Source of the DNA: a virus
Lineage: Duplodnaviria; Caudoviricetes
Virus record (IMG/VR): IMGVR_UViG_3300017784_002932
Coordinates: 1 to 25,374 of that record
Length of the DNA stretch: 25,374 nt
Reading direction: 5' to 3' (one strand)
Shown here: one piece after another, positions 8,254-17,352 of the stretch
Position numbering within the stretch: the stretch's first letter is position 1
Layout of the letters: each line of letters starts with the position of its first letter
The notes under the pieces: model-generated
Databases searched by the model: none
What the model saw: only the letters and a program-made list of their open reading frames with translations
Told to the model about the DNA's origin: nothing
Made by a program: the position numbers and the translations under genes

Positions 8254-9169
8254 GATATAGCTTGAATCCTTCCTTAACATCTACCTTAGGATTATATCCA
8301 AAGTCTTTTTGTGCTGCGGTTATATCCAACGCGCCTCTGCTAGGGAAGGTATTATCTTTAGCAATGACTTCTATCTTACCTTTACCCACAATGTCTACTA
8401 CTGTATGTGCTGCGTCTAATAAACTGTGTGCCCTACCCCTAGTCAAGTTATAAGTCTTGTTTATCAAACCAATATTTGTAGTAGCAGCTACTATACCATT
8501 AGCCAAATCCTCTACGTAAGTAAAGTCTAACATCTCACTAATACCCCTAACAATAAGAGGTCTATCATTCATTGCATCTGCGAAGAATTTACCAACCACT
8601 CGGTCTTCTACATCTAACGCTCCGTAAACCGCACTAGGACGGATTATGATGTAATCAAATTTATCTTGCATCTCTTTAACTATATATTCACCAGTCAGTT
8701 TGAATATACCGTACAATCCTTTAGGATCGCATTTAGCATCTTCTTTTACTCCGCTACTGAAATTCCCGTATACCATGCTGCTGCTGATAAACACTACTCG
8801 CTTTATCTTACCATATGCATATGCTTGCAACGAATTCAATGTACCTTGTACCATAGTCTTATTAGCTTGCATAGGATTATGCTGTACTACTTTTTGTCTT
8901 GGATAACTAGCAAGATGAATAACTGCATCGAAATTTCCATTCTTGCATAACCAATTCATCATATACATATCAGTGATATCTATATCATATAGTTTAGTTG
9001 TCTTAATCTTCTTCTTGCGTTCTACCATCAACTTAGCAAGGTAAGTATGTGTCATTACCCCATATGTAGTTTCAGTATCAGTAACCGTAACATCATGCCC
9101 TTGTTTCTCAAGTTCATGTACTACATGGCATCCTATAAAACCAAAACCACCTGCGACCAATATATTCAT
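8234..9169 (-). CDS. NAD-dependent NDP-sugar epimerase/dehydratase (extended SDR)
   Basis: GGFGFIG Rossmann motif, ISSSMVYG, catalytic YGIFK and DFTYVEDLA. Confidence 0.94.
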   Translation of the reverse strand: MNILVAGGFGFIGCHVVHELEKQGHDVTVTDTETTYGVMTHTYLAKLMVERKKKIKTTKLYDIDITDMYMMNWLCKNGNFDAVIHLASYPRQKVVQHNPMQANKTMVQGTLNSLQAYAYGKIKRVVFISSSMVYGNFSSGVKEDAKCDPKGLYGIFKLTGEYIVKEMQDKFDYIIIRPSAVYGALDVEDRVVGKFFADAMNDRPLIVRGISEMLDFTYVEDLANGIVAATTNIGLINKTYNLTRGRAHSLLDAAHTVVDIVGKGKIEVIAKDNTFPSRGALDITAAQKDFGYNPKVDVKEGFKLYHEWLQI

Positions 9170-9498
9170 TCAAATTTCAACTTCCAAAATGTTAATTGTT
9201 TGTGCGTTAGATATGCTCTAATCTGATATATGTGACCGTAACTATATATATCATGGTTACGATGCCAGCTGGGTGTAGGATTAGAGTTTTCCATTATCCA
9301 TTTACCCGCATCTGTTTGTTGCCATTCCCAAATAGATTGTGCAACCATTAGATCAGGATCTTCAACATCACCCATTCTAATAGTGTGAACTACTTCTGTA
9401 ATAGTCACAACTTCTTCACCGATATCAGATAAGTGTATCTGATACTTGGGTATAGCGAATTCATCTTTAGACTGCCATTGATGCTTTGATAGGGCCAT
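9166..9498 (-). CDS. Hypothetical protein (110 aa)
   Basis: Co-oriented with an ATGA overlap into the epimerase. Start position uncertain. Confidence 0.75.
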   Translation of the reverse strand: MALSKHQWQSKDEFAIPKYQIHLSDIGEEVVTITEVVHTIRMGDVEDPDLMVAQSIWEWQQTDAGKWIMENSNPTPSWHRNHDIYSYGHIYQIRAYLTHKQLTFWKLKFE

Positions 9499-10324
9499 GA
9501 CTTTGATAGTTTTCTAGCTTGATATCTTCCATCTTGAATCCATCAATATCTTTTATAGAAGGGTTGATCCATAGAGTAGGTTGTGCTAACGGTGCTCGTG
9601 ACAGTTGCTCTTTTACTTGGTCTACGTGATTTTGATAAATGTGAGTATCACCGGTACTGATGATCAATTCACCAACTGATAAATCACATACTTGCGCTAT
9701 CATATGAGTAAACAACGCATAGCTAGCAATATTGAACGGGGCGCCCAAAAAGACATCTTGACTTCTTTGATACATATGGCAAGATAGTTCTTTATTTTTG
9801 TTAACATAGAATTGACTCATAACGTGACAAGGGGGCAATGCCATATCTTCTAACTCTCCCGGATTCCATGCTGTAAGAATATGTCTACGTCCGTTTGGAT
9901 CTCGTTTTATAGCTTCAATCAGTAGCTTTAACTGATCGACTTTATATCCAGTTAATCCATGTAACGGTTTTTGCCAATCTCTCCACTGTACTCCATATAT
10001 CCTACCCAAATCACCTTCAAATTTAGCTTTAGGTTTCCAATATGGTGCTAGGGCGTTTGGTGTCCAGATAGTTACGGTACCGTCTTTAGTCCCGTGGGTT
10101 ATCTCAGCTAATCTGCGCTCATCAGATGAACCTTCTATAAACCACAATAGTTCTCCAACTACCGCTTTCCAAGCTAATCGCTTTGTGGTAACTGCGGGGA
10201 AGGACACACTAAGATCAAAGCGAAGATTACGTCCAAACACACTAACAGTACCTATGCCAGTTCTATCATCTTTTTCTTCTCCGTTATCTAATATGTCTTT
10301 AAGTAAATTTAAATAGGGTGTCAT
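9467..10324 (-). CDS. thyA: Thymidylate synthase
   Basis: DRTGIGT, ELLWFIEG, RRHILTAWNP, ALPPCH (catalytic Cys), YQRSQD, PFNIASY and DTHIY. True start MTPYLNLL at ATG 10324, 1 nt after the methyltransferase stop. Confidence 0.97.
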   Translation of the reverse strand: MTPYLNLLKDILDNGEEKDDRTGIGTVSVFGRNLRFDLSVSFPAVTTKRLAWKAVVGELLWFIEGSSDERRLAEITHGTKDGTVTIWTPNALAPYWKPKAKFEGDLGRIYGVQWRDWQKPLHGLTGYKVDQLKLLIEAIKRDPNGRRHILTAWNPGELEDMALPPCHVMSQFYVNKNKELSCHMYQRSQDVFLGAPFNIASYALFTHMIAQVCDLSVGELIISTGDTHIYQNHVDQVKEQLSRAPLAQPTLWINPSIKDIDGFKMEDIKLENYQSHGPIKASMAV

Positions 10325-10325
10325 G

Positions 10326-10826
10326 TTATTTCCTAATTGACCAAAGTGAAGTTCCTTCATATAAAGTCAACATCATATTTTGTTGTTTACTAAAAAGATC
10401 AACACTTGTAATTACATCCGGCCAAGATGTACTATAATCGTGGCCACACATTATTCCATCTGATTTCATAAATTGTTTATAAAAATTTAAATTTAACATA
10501 CATCCTGGATTAGTATGAGCCGCATCCATAAAAAATAAATCAACAGGTCCTCCTAAATAGTTAATATAAGGACTGTTTCCTTTAATTGGAATTATATTAG
10601 TATATTTACTTGTATGTTCTTTAAAGATGCGTTCATTATCAAACCGATCAACACAGTAAATTGTCACTGATGGGTCGCAGTTCATTGCCCAACATACAGC
10701 ACTTCTACCCGTTAAAGATCCAAACTCTATTACAATACCGTTTTTTGGGATATTGCTTGCCCATAATGCTATTTGTTTTAATTCAGATATGGTCGTAAAA
10801 CCAGATATGGCATCATCATACAACAT
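10326..10826 (-). CDS. Class I SAM-dependent methyltransferase (Methyltransf_24-like)
   Basis: [24 protein letters not shown] and GIMCGHDY motifs. Confidence 0.88.
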   Translation of the reverse strand: MLYDDAISGFTTISELKQIALWASNIPKNGIVIEFGSLTGRSAVCWAMNCDPSVTIYCVDRFDNERIFKEHTSKYTNIIPIKGNSPYINYLGGPVDLFFMDAAHTNPGCMLNLNFYKQFMKSDGIMCGHDYSTSWPDVITSVDLFSKQQNMMLTLYEGTSLWSIRK

Positions 10827-10989
10827 TATTTATTTTATAATTTATTCTTGTGGTGACTGCGGGGAAGGCCACACTAAGATCAAAGCGAAGATTACGTCCA
10901 AACACACTAACAGTACCTGTGCCAGTTCTATCATCTTTTTCTTCTCCGTTATCTAATATGTCTTTAAGTAAATTTAAATAGGGTGTCAT
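10816..10989 (-). pseudogene. Truncated thyA N-terminal copy (47 ThyA codons plus 10 unrelated codons)
   Basis: [57 protein letters not shown]. The stop overlaps the 5' end of the methyltransferase gene. Confidence 0.9.
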
Positions 10990-10996
10990 GTTAATT

Positions 10997-11025
10997 ATGA
11001 TATACTATTAGAATGTAGATGTCAA
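10997..11025 (-). promoter_or_regulatory. Sigma70-type early promoter
   Basis: TTGACA-N17-TATCAT, 7 nt upstream of ATG 10989. Confidence 0.75.
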
Positions 11026-11492
11026 CCTACTCTTGTCCAAACTTCATATGAATGATCATCATACATTTCTGATTTCATACAGGTGAAGATAGCATTGATA
11101 TACGACAAATCAATAAATGTATCGCAGTTATATATAGCAAATGTTTTGGTCAGGTGAATTTCATCAATAAGATGCCAACTGCTATTGATAAGTTTTGCTC
11201 CACCAATCAACCAAGAGTCTTTTCCCGCATCCTTATATATCTCATAATGAGTAAGATTGGGTAACCACATTGCACCATTTGGTGGTTCAAATTCATTGCT
11301 TGATATAATGATGTTTAATCTGTTTGGTAACGGTTTTTTCGGAAGACTTTCCCAAGTATTTCTTCCCATCACGATCGGATTATTCATAGTTAATGATTTA
11401 AATCTAGGTAAATCACCTTGGATTTTATCCCAAGGTAATCTATTTTGATATCCTATACCACCTTTAGGATCACATGCTAATATCAGCTTCAT
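11022..11492 (-). CDS. folA: Dihydrofolate reductase
   Basis: GIGYQNRLPW, DLPRFK, IVMGRNTWESLP, PLPNRLNIIIS, LIGG and CDTF. Confidence 0.96.
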   Translation of the reverse strand: MKLILACDPKGGIGYQNRLPWDKIQGDLPRFKSLTMNNPIVMGRNTWESLPKKPLPNRLNIIISSNEFEPPNGAMWLPNLTHYEIYKDAGKDSWLIGGAKLINSSWHLIDEIHLTKTFAIYNCDTFIDLSYINAIFTCMKSEMYDDHSYEVWTRVG

Positions 11493-11785
11493 AGCTTATT
11501 TAAAAATTTATCCGTTTCCGGTTGTACCGCTTCTGCAATGCTCTTAACATTTAAAAGGAATTCCACACTTAATACAGTATCACCTAACTCATTCAGCTTC
11601 CTACTTACTGCTTCTTCTATCTGATCAGGATCTAAACCTTGTGTTAAAAACTTTTCAATATTGATAGTCTGTTGTTTTTTACCGTGTAACTTGATTACTA
11701 TCTTTTTTATGAACTGTACCGGTATCTTGTTCTTCTCAACATCATCAAGTATATGTTCCCATTTCTCTAAAAAGTCAGGAGACAT
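11489..11785 (-). CDS. Hypothetical protein (98 aa)
   Basis: Overlapping start/stop codons at both ends. Confidence 0.8.
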   Translation of the reverse strand: MSPDFLEKWEHILDDVEKNKIPVQFIKKIVIKLHGKKQQTINIEKFLTQGLDPDQIEEAVSRKLNELGDTVLSVEFLLNVKSIAEAVQPETDKFLNKL

Positions 11786-12465
11786 TATGCGCTAACTTTT
11801 GCTCTTGCTTTTTTTGCCTTAGCTGGTTTGACTGATAAAGATGATTTTGGTGCTGCTGCAGGATCTAATGATTTTGCCTCTTTCATCAATCGTTGTGCTT
11901 CAGCTAACAAACCCTTAGCCTCGCGTTCCATGTTTTGTGCTTGTTCTACACGCTGTTTAGCTAAGTTAGAATCACCTAATGCATCACCAGTAGATACAAC
12001 AGGTGTATTAGTAGAGGCATTCTTGCTGTTTCGCATTCTACGTGCTACATCTGCTGGATGTTGCAATCCATGACTCTTATCTAAATCTGCCATACGTGCT
12101 ACAGCATCTTCACCTTGCTTCATCTCAGTTAAGATTTTGTTAAGTTCACTTAGCTTGATCTTAGTCTGTGAGTTAGGTGTTACAATAATAGTCTCTGTTT
12201 GGACCTTTTTCAGTAGACCTTCTTGATGTAAGAGTTGCAAAATCGGTCTACCGTCTGTACCTATAGTACGGCTTAATGCATCCGCCAATGATTCACTGCT
12301 TTGCCCAATATCACTATCAATACACCGTATTAGCGGATCATGGATATGCTGATTTAGTGTTTCAGTGTATGTAACCAAACACATGTGCGGTTCGCCGGGA
12401 ACCTCACGAAAAATAATAGCAACTTTACGGTCGCCCTGTTTACCAACGTGTCTTATAAAACTCAT
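11785..12465 (-). CDS. Hypothetical protein with coiled-coil and basic C-terminal tail
   Basis: AAGGAG Shine-Dalgarno, TAAATA at 12490-12495, and a K/A-rich tail (KPAKAKKARAKVSA). Confidence 0.85.
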   Translation of the reverse strand: MSFIRHVGKQGDRKVAIIFREVPGEPHMCLVTYTETLNQHIHDPLIRCIDSDIGQSSESLADALSRTIGTDGRPILQLLHQEGLLKKVQTETIIVTPNSQTKIKLSELNKILTEMKQGEDAVARMADLDKSHGLQHPADVARRMRNSKNASTNTPVVSTGDALGDSNLAKQRVEQAQNMEREAKGLLAEAQRLMKEAKSLDPAAAPKSSLSVKPAKAKKARAKVSA

Positions 12466-12522
12466 ATTGTTCTCCTTGAGTAACTAACTTATTTACTACA
12501 CTAACACAGTCATTGAATTTTT

Positions 12523-12795
12523 TTATGACCAGGTAAGTTCATATAAAACTGCTTCTTTTGGATCTTCGAATGCCGGGGTCAAAAAATCAGACTGATATAT
12601 AGAGATAATACCATTACCCGAACTAGATGTATCGTGATCTACTTGTATTATAGCAAATCTACCTTTAAGGTTGTTTAATATCCATAATCTGGATTCTGCT
12701 GTTAAATTAGATTTAGCGATAATAAAGTGTTTTGGTACTTGCTCTAGTTCTCTAGTACTATACCATACTAAAGGATCTAACTTGTATTCATTCAT
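12523..12795 (-). CDS. Hypothetical protein (90 aa)
   Basis: Co-oriented, short overlap with the upstream gene. Confidence 0.75.
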   Translation of the reverse strand: MNEYKLDPLVWYSTRELEQVPKHFIIAKSNLTAESRLWILNNLKGRFAIIQVDHDTSSSGNGIISIYQSDFLTPAFEDPKEAVLYELTWS

Positions 12796-13189
12796 GTTGT
12801 GTCAATTTATCTAACATTTGGTAATGCTCATATGCTTTAACAACTGCCGGAGTAGTGTTAGTGTTAGTTGGTACAACTTCTAACCACAATGAATCGATTC
12901 TCTCTGTTGTATCTTCTGAATATAGTCTAGGTTGATGGATCTTTCCATTCTCATATAGATGAACCGCCAGAGACAGAACCTCACCCCACGGATATGCCGA
13001 TAGTCTATATCGAGTTGGGTCTTTTACCCAATCGTTACCAAACGAATAGTAATTTCTTACCACTTCTATATAATCCTGAAGAGTAGGACAGTTAGTACGG
13101 GTAACGATAAACAGGACATCCTCCTCGGACACTTCCTCCGCCAATAAACTACGCAAACAACCACCAAGACTAGTTCCAATATATCTCAT
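12788..13189 (-). CDS. Hypothetical protein (133 aa)
   Basis: ATGA overlap with the upstream gene. Confidence 0.8.
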   Translation of the reverse strand: MRYIGTSLGGCLRSLLAEEVSEEDVLFIVTRTNCPTLQDYIEVVRNYYSFGNDWVKDPTRYRLSAYPWGEVLSLAVHLYENGKIHQPRLYSEDTTERIDSLWLEVVPTNTNTTPAVVKAYEHYQMLDKLTQHE

Positions 13190-13557
13190 GCGATCACCTT
13201 TCTATCAGATTTAATATAGTCACTATACACCTTTACACCATTCTTTCTGATCCATTCTACGATAGGCTGCGGGCTAGTGTTAAATGCATCTTTCAGTTCA
13301 GTGTAAGACAGTGTGCTATTGAATTCATAAATCTCATATTGACGTTGACTATTTACCCTAGCCCTAAGTAACAGCATTTGTAACGGAATACCTTTTGGAG
13401 CAGGTACAGTAGATTCTTCTTTTAGAATAGCAACAATCTTTAGTTTTTCCCATTCAGTATATTGGTGCATATGCTCAGCTACATCAAACAAACATTTAAG
13501 CCCTAGCATATCCCATATTGCTAAGTACGGTCTACCTTTTTTCTTACTAGGTCTCAT
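13186..13557 (-). CDS. Hypothetical protein (123 aa)
   Basis: ATGA overlaps at both ends. Confidence 0.8.
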   Translation of the reverse strand: MRPSKKKGRPYLAIWDMLGLKCLFDVAEHMHQYTEWEKLKIVAILKEESTVPAPKGIPLQMLLLRARVNSQRQYEIYEFNSTLSYTELKDAFNTSPQPIVEWIRKNGVKVYSDYIKSDRKVIA

Positions 13558-14453
13558 GCTTTACCTTGGCCGCCGGCACCAAATTTGCTATCCCATTCTG
13601 AGTCCATAGTGATCTCATATCCTTTTTTACTTTTTAACCAAACAGCAAAATCAAGTTCGATTTTACCTGCTTTATCTACATTTTTTGGAACTTTAACTAC
13701 ATTGTTAGGCAATAGGATTCTTGATTTTGCATGATGCCCTACAATGTTGTCAAAACTTGTATTTTTATGCCAAGTAGAATCTAAGTATTCAATAGCAAAT
13801 CTTGTCGCTACCTCTATCGGGGCAAACTTATAACCACATGACATTAATCTTGGTCTAAGGATTCCGGTAAGTTGTACATCTTCATTCCAATTATGAATCC
13901 ACACTCCGGTTTGATTTTCTACTTTCCAAGGATCAGATGATAGATGGGTAATTCCATGAACATTACATGCCTCTAGAAATCGTTTACTTCTCAATGAGAA
14001 GCCACCATTTTGTATTACTAGCGTTTGTGGTTTAACTACAGCATTTGGTTTATCAATCCATCTATATTGTAAATACAGATGTTCTATATTAGAATAATCT
14101 GCACTAAATTTTAATCCGCAATGTGTTGGTGGTCCGATATAATCATATTGATAAAATTCTTCAGTAAATTTATCTCCATTTAAAACCCAACTATCGTCTT
14201 GCACTACTAAACAATATTCTGTTTCAATAAAGGCATACAACGAATGCATCATAAAAACACTATATTGTTTATAGTTTAAAAAGAATATATGTTTCCATTC
14301 TATTTGTTCTGGTAAATTTGCCGGCTTCTGTGCAGATAATAATAGTCCTCTACTACCCGGTAATTCTTCCATACTTTTCAGTATAGAGGGGATAGCAGAG
14401 GACCCATCATTATGTCCAAATACAGATACGATAGTTAATTGGTTATGTATCAA
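13554..14453 (-). CDS. DUF5672-like, glycosyltransferase-related protein
   Basis: LVVQDDSWVLN, YDYIGPP, NGGFSLRSKRFL and NED motifs. TTG start. Confidence 0.75.
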   Translation of the reverse strand: MIHNQLTIVSVFGHNDGSSAIPSILKSMEELPGSRGLLLSAQKPANLPEQIEWKHIFFLNYKQYSVFMMHSLYAFIETEYCLVVQDDSWVLNGDKFTEEFYQYDYIGPPTHCGLKFSADYSNIEHLYLQYRWIDKPNAVVKPQTLVIQNGGFSLRSKRFLEACNVHGITHLSSDPWKVENQTGVWIHNWNEDVQLTGILRPRLMSCGYKFAPIEVATRFAIEYLDSTWHKNTSFDNIVGHHAKSRILLPNNVVKVPKNVDKAGKIELDFAVWLKSKKGYEITMDSEWDSKFGAGGQGKA

Positions 14454-14459
14454 ACCGGT

Positions 14460-15842
14460 TTATGCCAGATGATCATCATAATAAGCCCATGATCCAAAGG
14501 GCGGGGTAATATCTTTTGATCCATGAATAACAAAAGTAGTATCACAGTAATTCTCGTCACCCCAACTACCACAAGGATATCCGTCAGTGAATACAATCAA
14601 CCGTTTGGGTTCGCGACCTGATTCTTTTAGATATTCGAAGATAGCATCAAAATCAGTACCACCACCACCTTGCGGTTCATATTCATCGATAGAGTCCATG
14701 TTGTCACTATCAAAATCTACTGGATTATAGATTTTAGTATCAAAACAGAATACATGCACTTTATAACCATCAAATGTATTCATCATGCCGCTAATTTCAC
14801 CAAGAAAATCCCTAGCTTGCCTGCTGCTAATACTACCGGACATATCAATAGCAACATCAACCTCAATCTCTTCACCGGGAGTCATACCAGGCATGATAGC
14901 ATCCATATGCCAAGCGCGGCGTGAAGGACGAATCCAAGAGTAGTCATTACGAATAGCACTGGTCAGATTAGTCTGTATCAATTCACGCCAGGGCATGACC
15001 GGCTCAGTGTATTCCTTAATCATTCGCTTTACACCAGCTGGCAATTGACCAGCTTCAGCCGATTGAGCAGCATTGATGATGGCCTGCTTTACTTCTTGGC
15101 GCATCTGATCCCGTTCCTCATCGGACATCTTAGGGCGTTTGCCTTTCTTGTCACCCTCATCACCTTCACCTTCACCGTCATCACCGTCCATGTGATCATC
15201 AATCATCTTATCCAAAAGATCATCGATGGAGATTTTCTCAGCATTCTGGTAAAGGTCATCATAAATCTCTTCGGATGATTTACCATCATATTTCAGTTCA
15301 TATAGACAAGGAACTGAGGTGATAAATTCACCTACTTTATGCCGCTTTAGATCGGCATTGACCGCATAGTCATTAGCGATATTGAACAACTGAGGATCAC
15401 GTGTACCTCTACGCCCCATATGATCGTATACCACATGCAATACTTCATGCCCTACCAAAAATTCTACTTCTTTGGTACGCAACATCATAATAAAGCGGCT
15501 ATTATAATACAGGTTAAGCCCGTCAGTAGCAGCCGTAGAACACCATTCATCCGCATTAATCAGTTTTAGCCTAGTGGCAAGATTACCAAAAAATGATTGT
15601 TGAAGCAAAAGACCAATTCGGGCAGTGATCAAACGCTCACGTGCCTGATAATCAATCTTGGGATCAGTAGGACCAACCAACTTCTCAAAGTCCTTGCTAC
15701 GTTTCTTTTTGCTTTTGCTTTTAGTAGCAGTAATACCTGCTACGGCATGAATCACATTAGGATTGAAGTATTCAGCAAACAGGTCTCCCTTAGCGTAGTT
15801 TTTACCGCTGAAGCCCTTAAAATCACTCAATGCACTTTTCAT
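14460..15842 (-). CDS. DUF2201-type metallopeptidase + vWA-domain protein (partner of MoxR AAA)
   Basis: TAATDG, HEVLH, NIANDYAVN, MIDAS DMSGS, GGGGTDF and FTDG. Start moved to ATG 15842 on the basis of an AAGGAG SD and the promoter position. Confidence 0.9.
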   Translation of the reverse strand: MKSALSDFKGFSGKNYAKGDLFAEYFNPNVIHAVAGITATKSKSKKKRSKDFEKLVGPTDPKIDYQARERLITARIGLLLQQSFFGNLATRLKLINADEWCSTAATDGLNLYYNSRFIMMLRTKEVEFLVGHEVLHVVYDHMGRRGTRDPQLFNIANDYAVNADLKRHKVGEFITSVPCLYELKYDGKSSEEIYDDLYQNAEKISIDDLLDKMIDDHMDGDDGEGEGDEGDKKGKRPKMSDEERDQMRQEVKQAIINAAQSAEAGQLPAGVKRMIKEYTEPVMPWRELIQTNLTSAIRNDYSWIRPSRRAWHMDAIMPGMTPGEEIEVDVAIDMSGSISSRQARDFLGEISGMMNTFDGYKVHVFCFDTKIYNPVDFDSDNMDSIDEYEPQGGGGTDFDAIFEYLKESGREPKRLIVFTDGYPCGSWGDENYCDTTFVIHGSKDITPPFGSWAYYDDHLA

Positions 15843-15866
15843 ATAAACTCCTTTAACTATACCACT

Positions 15867-15895
15867 ATTATACATGGAATCGTATTTATTGTCAA
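15867..15895 (-). promoter_or_regulatory. Consensus sigma70 early promoter with embedded TAAATA
   Basis: TTGACA-ATAAATACGATTCCATG(17 nt)-TATAAT. Confidence 0.88.
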
Positions 15896-15898
15896 GCC

Positions 15899-16135
15899 TT
15901 ACTGTATAGTAGGTCTAGTCTTGCCGGTAAGAGTAATTTGGTACGGTTCTTGGTCCAAATCATCTTCTAGATCATCATCAAACTCTAACGGTATACAGTT
16001 TTCCCAAACATCATCATTATCAAATTGAGCCAGGATTTCCGCTACTAACTCGTCAAGTTCTTCCTGAGTACCTTCAAAAGAATCAAAACATCCAGGAGCA
16101 AATAGGATATTGAGTTTTTTGTTTTTGTCGTCCAT
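15899..16135 (-). CDS. Small acidic hypothetical protein (78 aa)
   Basis: GGAG SD before ATG 16135 (MDDKNKK...). D/E-rich. Confidence 0.75.
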   Translation of the reverse strand: MDDKNKKLNILFAPGCFDSFEGTQEELDELVAEILAQFDNDDVWENCIPLEFDDDLEDDLDQEPYQITLTGKTRPTIQ

Positions 16136-16145
16136 AGTAGTCTCC

Positions 16146-16174
16146 ATTGGGGGAGGATTAAATCCTCCCCCAAT
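16146..16174. other. Strong inverted repeat (13-bp stem) without a U-tract
   Basis: ATTGGGGGAGGAT-taa-ATCCTCCCCCAAT, between the AAA stop and the next SD. Confidence 0.75.
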
Positions 16175-16179
16175 CACTA

Positions 16180-17286
16180 TTAACCCGCTTCTACGATATA
16201 CTTACCATACTTCTTGTGGAACTCATCGAAATTGCTAAGTTGACTGGGTTCTATCGGCAGCTTGTAAGTCTTGAGTGCAATCTTAGCACCCATGACCACC
16301 AACTCAGTTTCGAAATTCTTCATCATGTAATCGAAGAAATGCTGAGCCATGACATGGAACTGTTTAGAATCAACCTTCTTATTTACTACAGCATCCTTCA
16401 ATTCATAACACATAGAAATCGTCAGGGAATACATTGCCGAGATTTCCTTGACGTTAAGATCCTTAACCTTACCTGAAAGAATATCAGTCGGCTCAGGCAT
16501 CTTACCTGCAATCTTGCGGTGAGCAGCAAACTTTACAGCAAGCCCTTCACCAACAGAACCGGCAATCAGATTGAACATGGTATCGATATCAGAATCATCA
16601 GGATCATTCAGCAAATCGCTAACAAAACACCAAGACCGGGGCGTTGGGAATGCGCGGCTGCTGGATTTGCTATCGAATTCATACAGATCCTGCTTAGCAA
16701 ACGACAGATAACCAACCACATCCTTGTGAATGCCTTTGTTCACAGCCCATTGTTGCCATGCAGAGAAATCGGCTCGCATCTCAAGATGCAAGAAACGATT
16801 AGCAAGCGGCAAAGGCATACGATAAGTGACACCTTTATCAGAATCACGATTACCGGCTGCGACAATAACAACGTTCTTGGGCAAATGATACTTACCAATA
16901 CGCCGATTAAGAATCAACTGATAACCAGCAGCTTGAACCGCCGGGGGCGCACTGTTCATTTCATCAAGGAAGAGAACTACGATAGGATACTTACTAGCAA
17001 GTTCCTCATCAGGAAGCTCGATCGGGGGAGCCCAATCCATCTTACCAAGATCCTTGTTGAAGAATGGGATACCACGAATGTCAGTGGGCTCCATCTGCGC
17101 CATACGCAGATCGATCATCAAACCACCAAGTTCCGTAGTAACATCATCAACGGTCTCACTCTTGCCAATACCGGGAGGACCCCAAATAAATACAGGACGC
17201 TTTACTCGAAAAGCCTTCAACAGTGCTTTACGGGCTTGTACGCTTGTAATTGTCAGACCATCAGACAGTTTCGCTACAGATGCCAT
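16180..17286 (-). CDS. MoxR/dynein-related AAA+ ATPase
   Basis: WGPPGIGKS, LFLDEMN, AAGN, LANRF and PTPRSW. AAGGAG SD. Confidence 0.93.
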   Translation of the reverse strand: MASVAKLSDGLTITSVQARKALLKAFRVKRPVFIWGPPGIGKSETVDDVTTELGGLMIDLRMAQMEPTDIRGIPFFNKDLGKMDWAPPIELPDEELASKYPIVVLFLDEMNSAPPAVQAAGYQLILNRRIGKYHLPKNVVIVAAGNRDSDKGVTYRMPLPLANRFLHLEMRADFSAWQQWAVNKGIHKDVVGYLSFAKQDLYEFDSKSSSRAFPTPRSWCFVSDLLNDPDDSDIDTMFNLIAGSVGEGLAVKFAAHRKIAGKMPEPTDILSGKVKDLNVKEISAMYSLTISMCYELKDAVVNKKVDSKQFHVMAQHFFDYMMKNFETELVVMGAKIALKTYKLPIEPSQLSNFDEFHKKYGKYIVEAG

Positions 17287-17323
17287 TTGCTTCTCCTTGT
17301 TGATATTTAATAGAACAGAATAC

Positions 17324-17352
17324 AGTATATATGATTACAGATTTATTGTCAA
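17324..17352 (-). promoter_or_regulatory. Sigma70-type early promoter
   Basis: TTGACA-N17-TATACT. The spacer begins ATAAAT as in neighbouring promoters. Confidence 0.85.

Larger units (their letters stand above)
10183..10993. repeat. 146-bp direct repeat pair (10183-10328 and 10848-10993) covering the thyA 5' end
   Basis: Base-by-base comparison at offset 665 bp shows 3 mismatches (codons ATA/ACA, TCC/GCC, GTT/GTC). Confidence 0.97.

Noticed and set aside
10183-10993. thyA repeat pair as a DGR template/variable repeat, or as a group I intron in thyA
   Set aside because: There are only 3 mismatches and they are not adenine-specific, and no reverse transcriptase is present. The downstream thyA is complete without splicing, and no intron core or homing nuclease is visible.
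16519-17310. 263-aa plus-strand ORF antisense to the AAA ATPase
   Set aside because: It is an antisense shadow of a codon-biased gene, with no motif, SD or promoter seen. All supported genes are on the minus strand.
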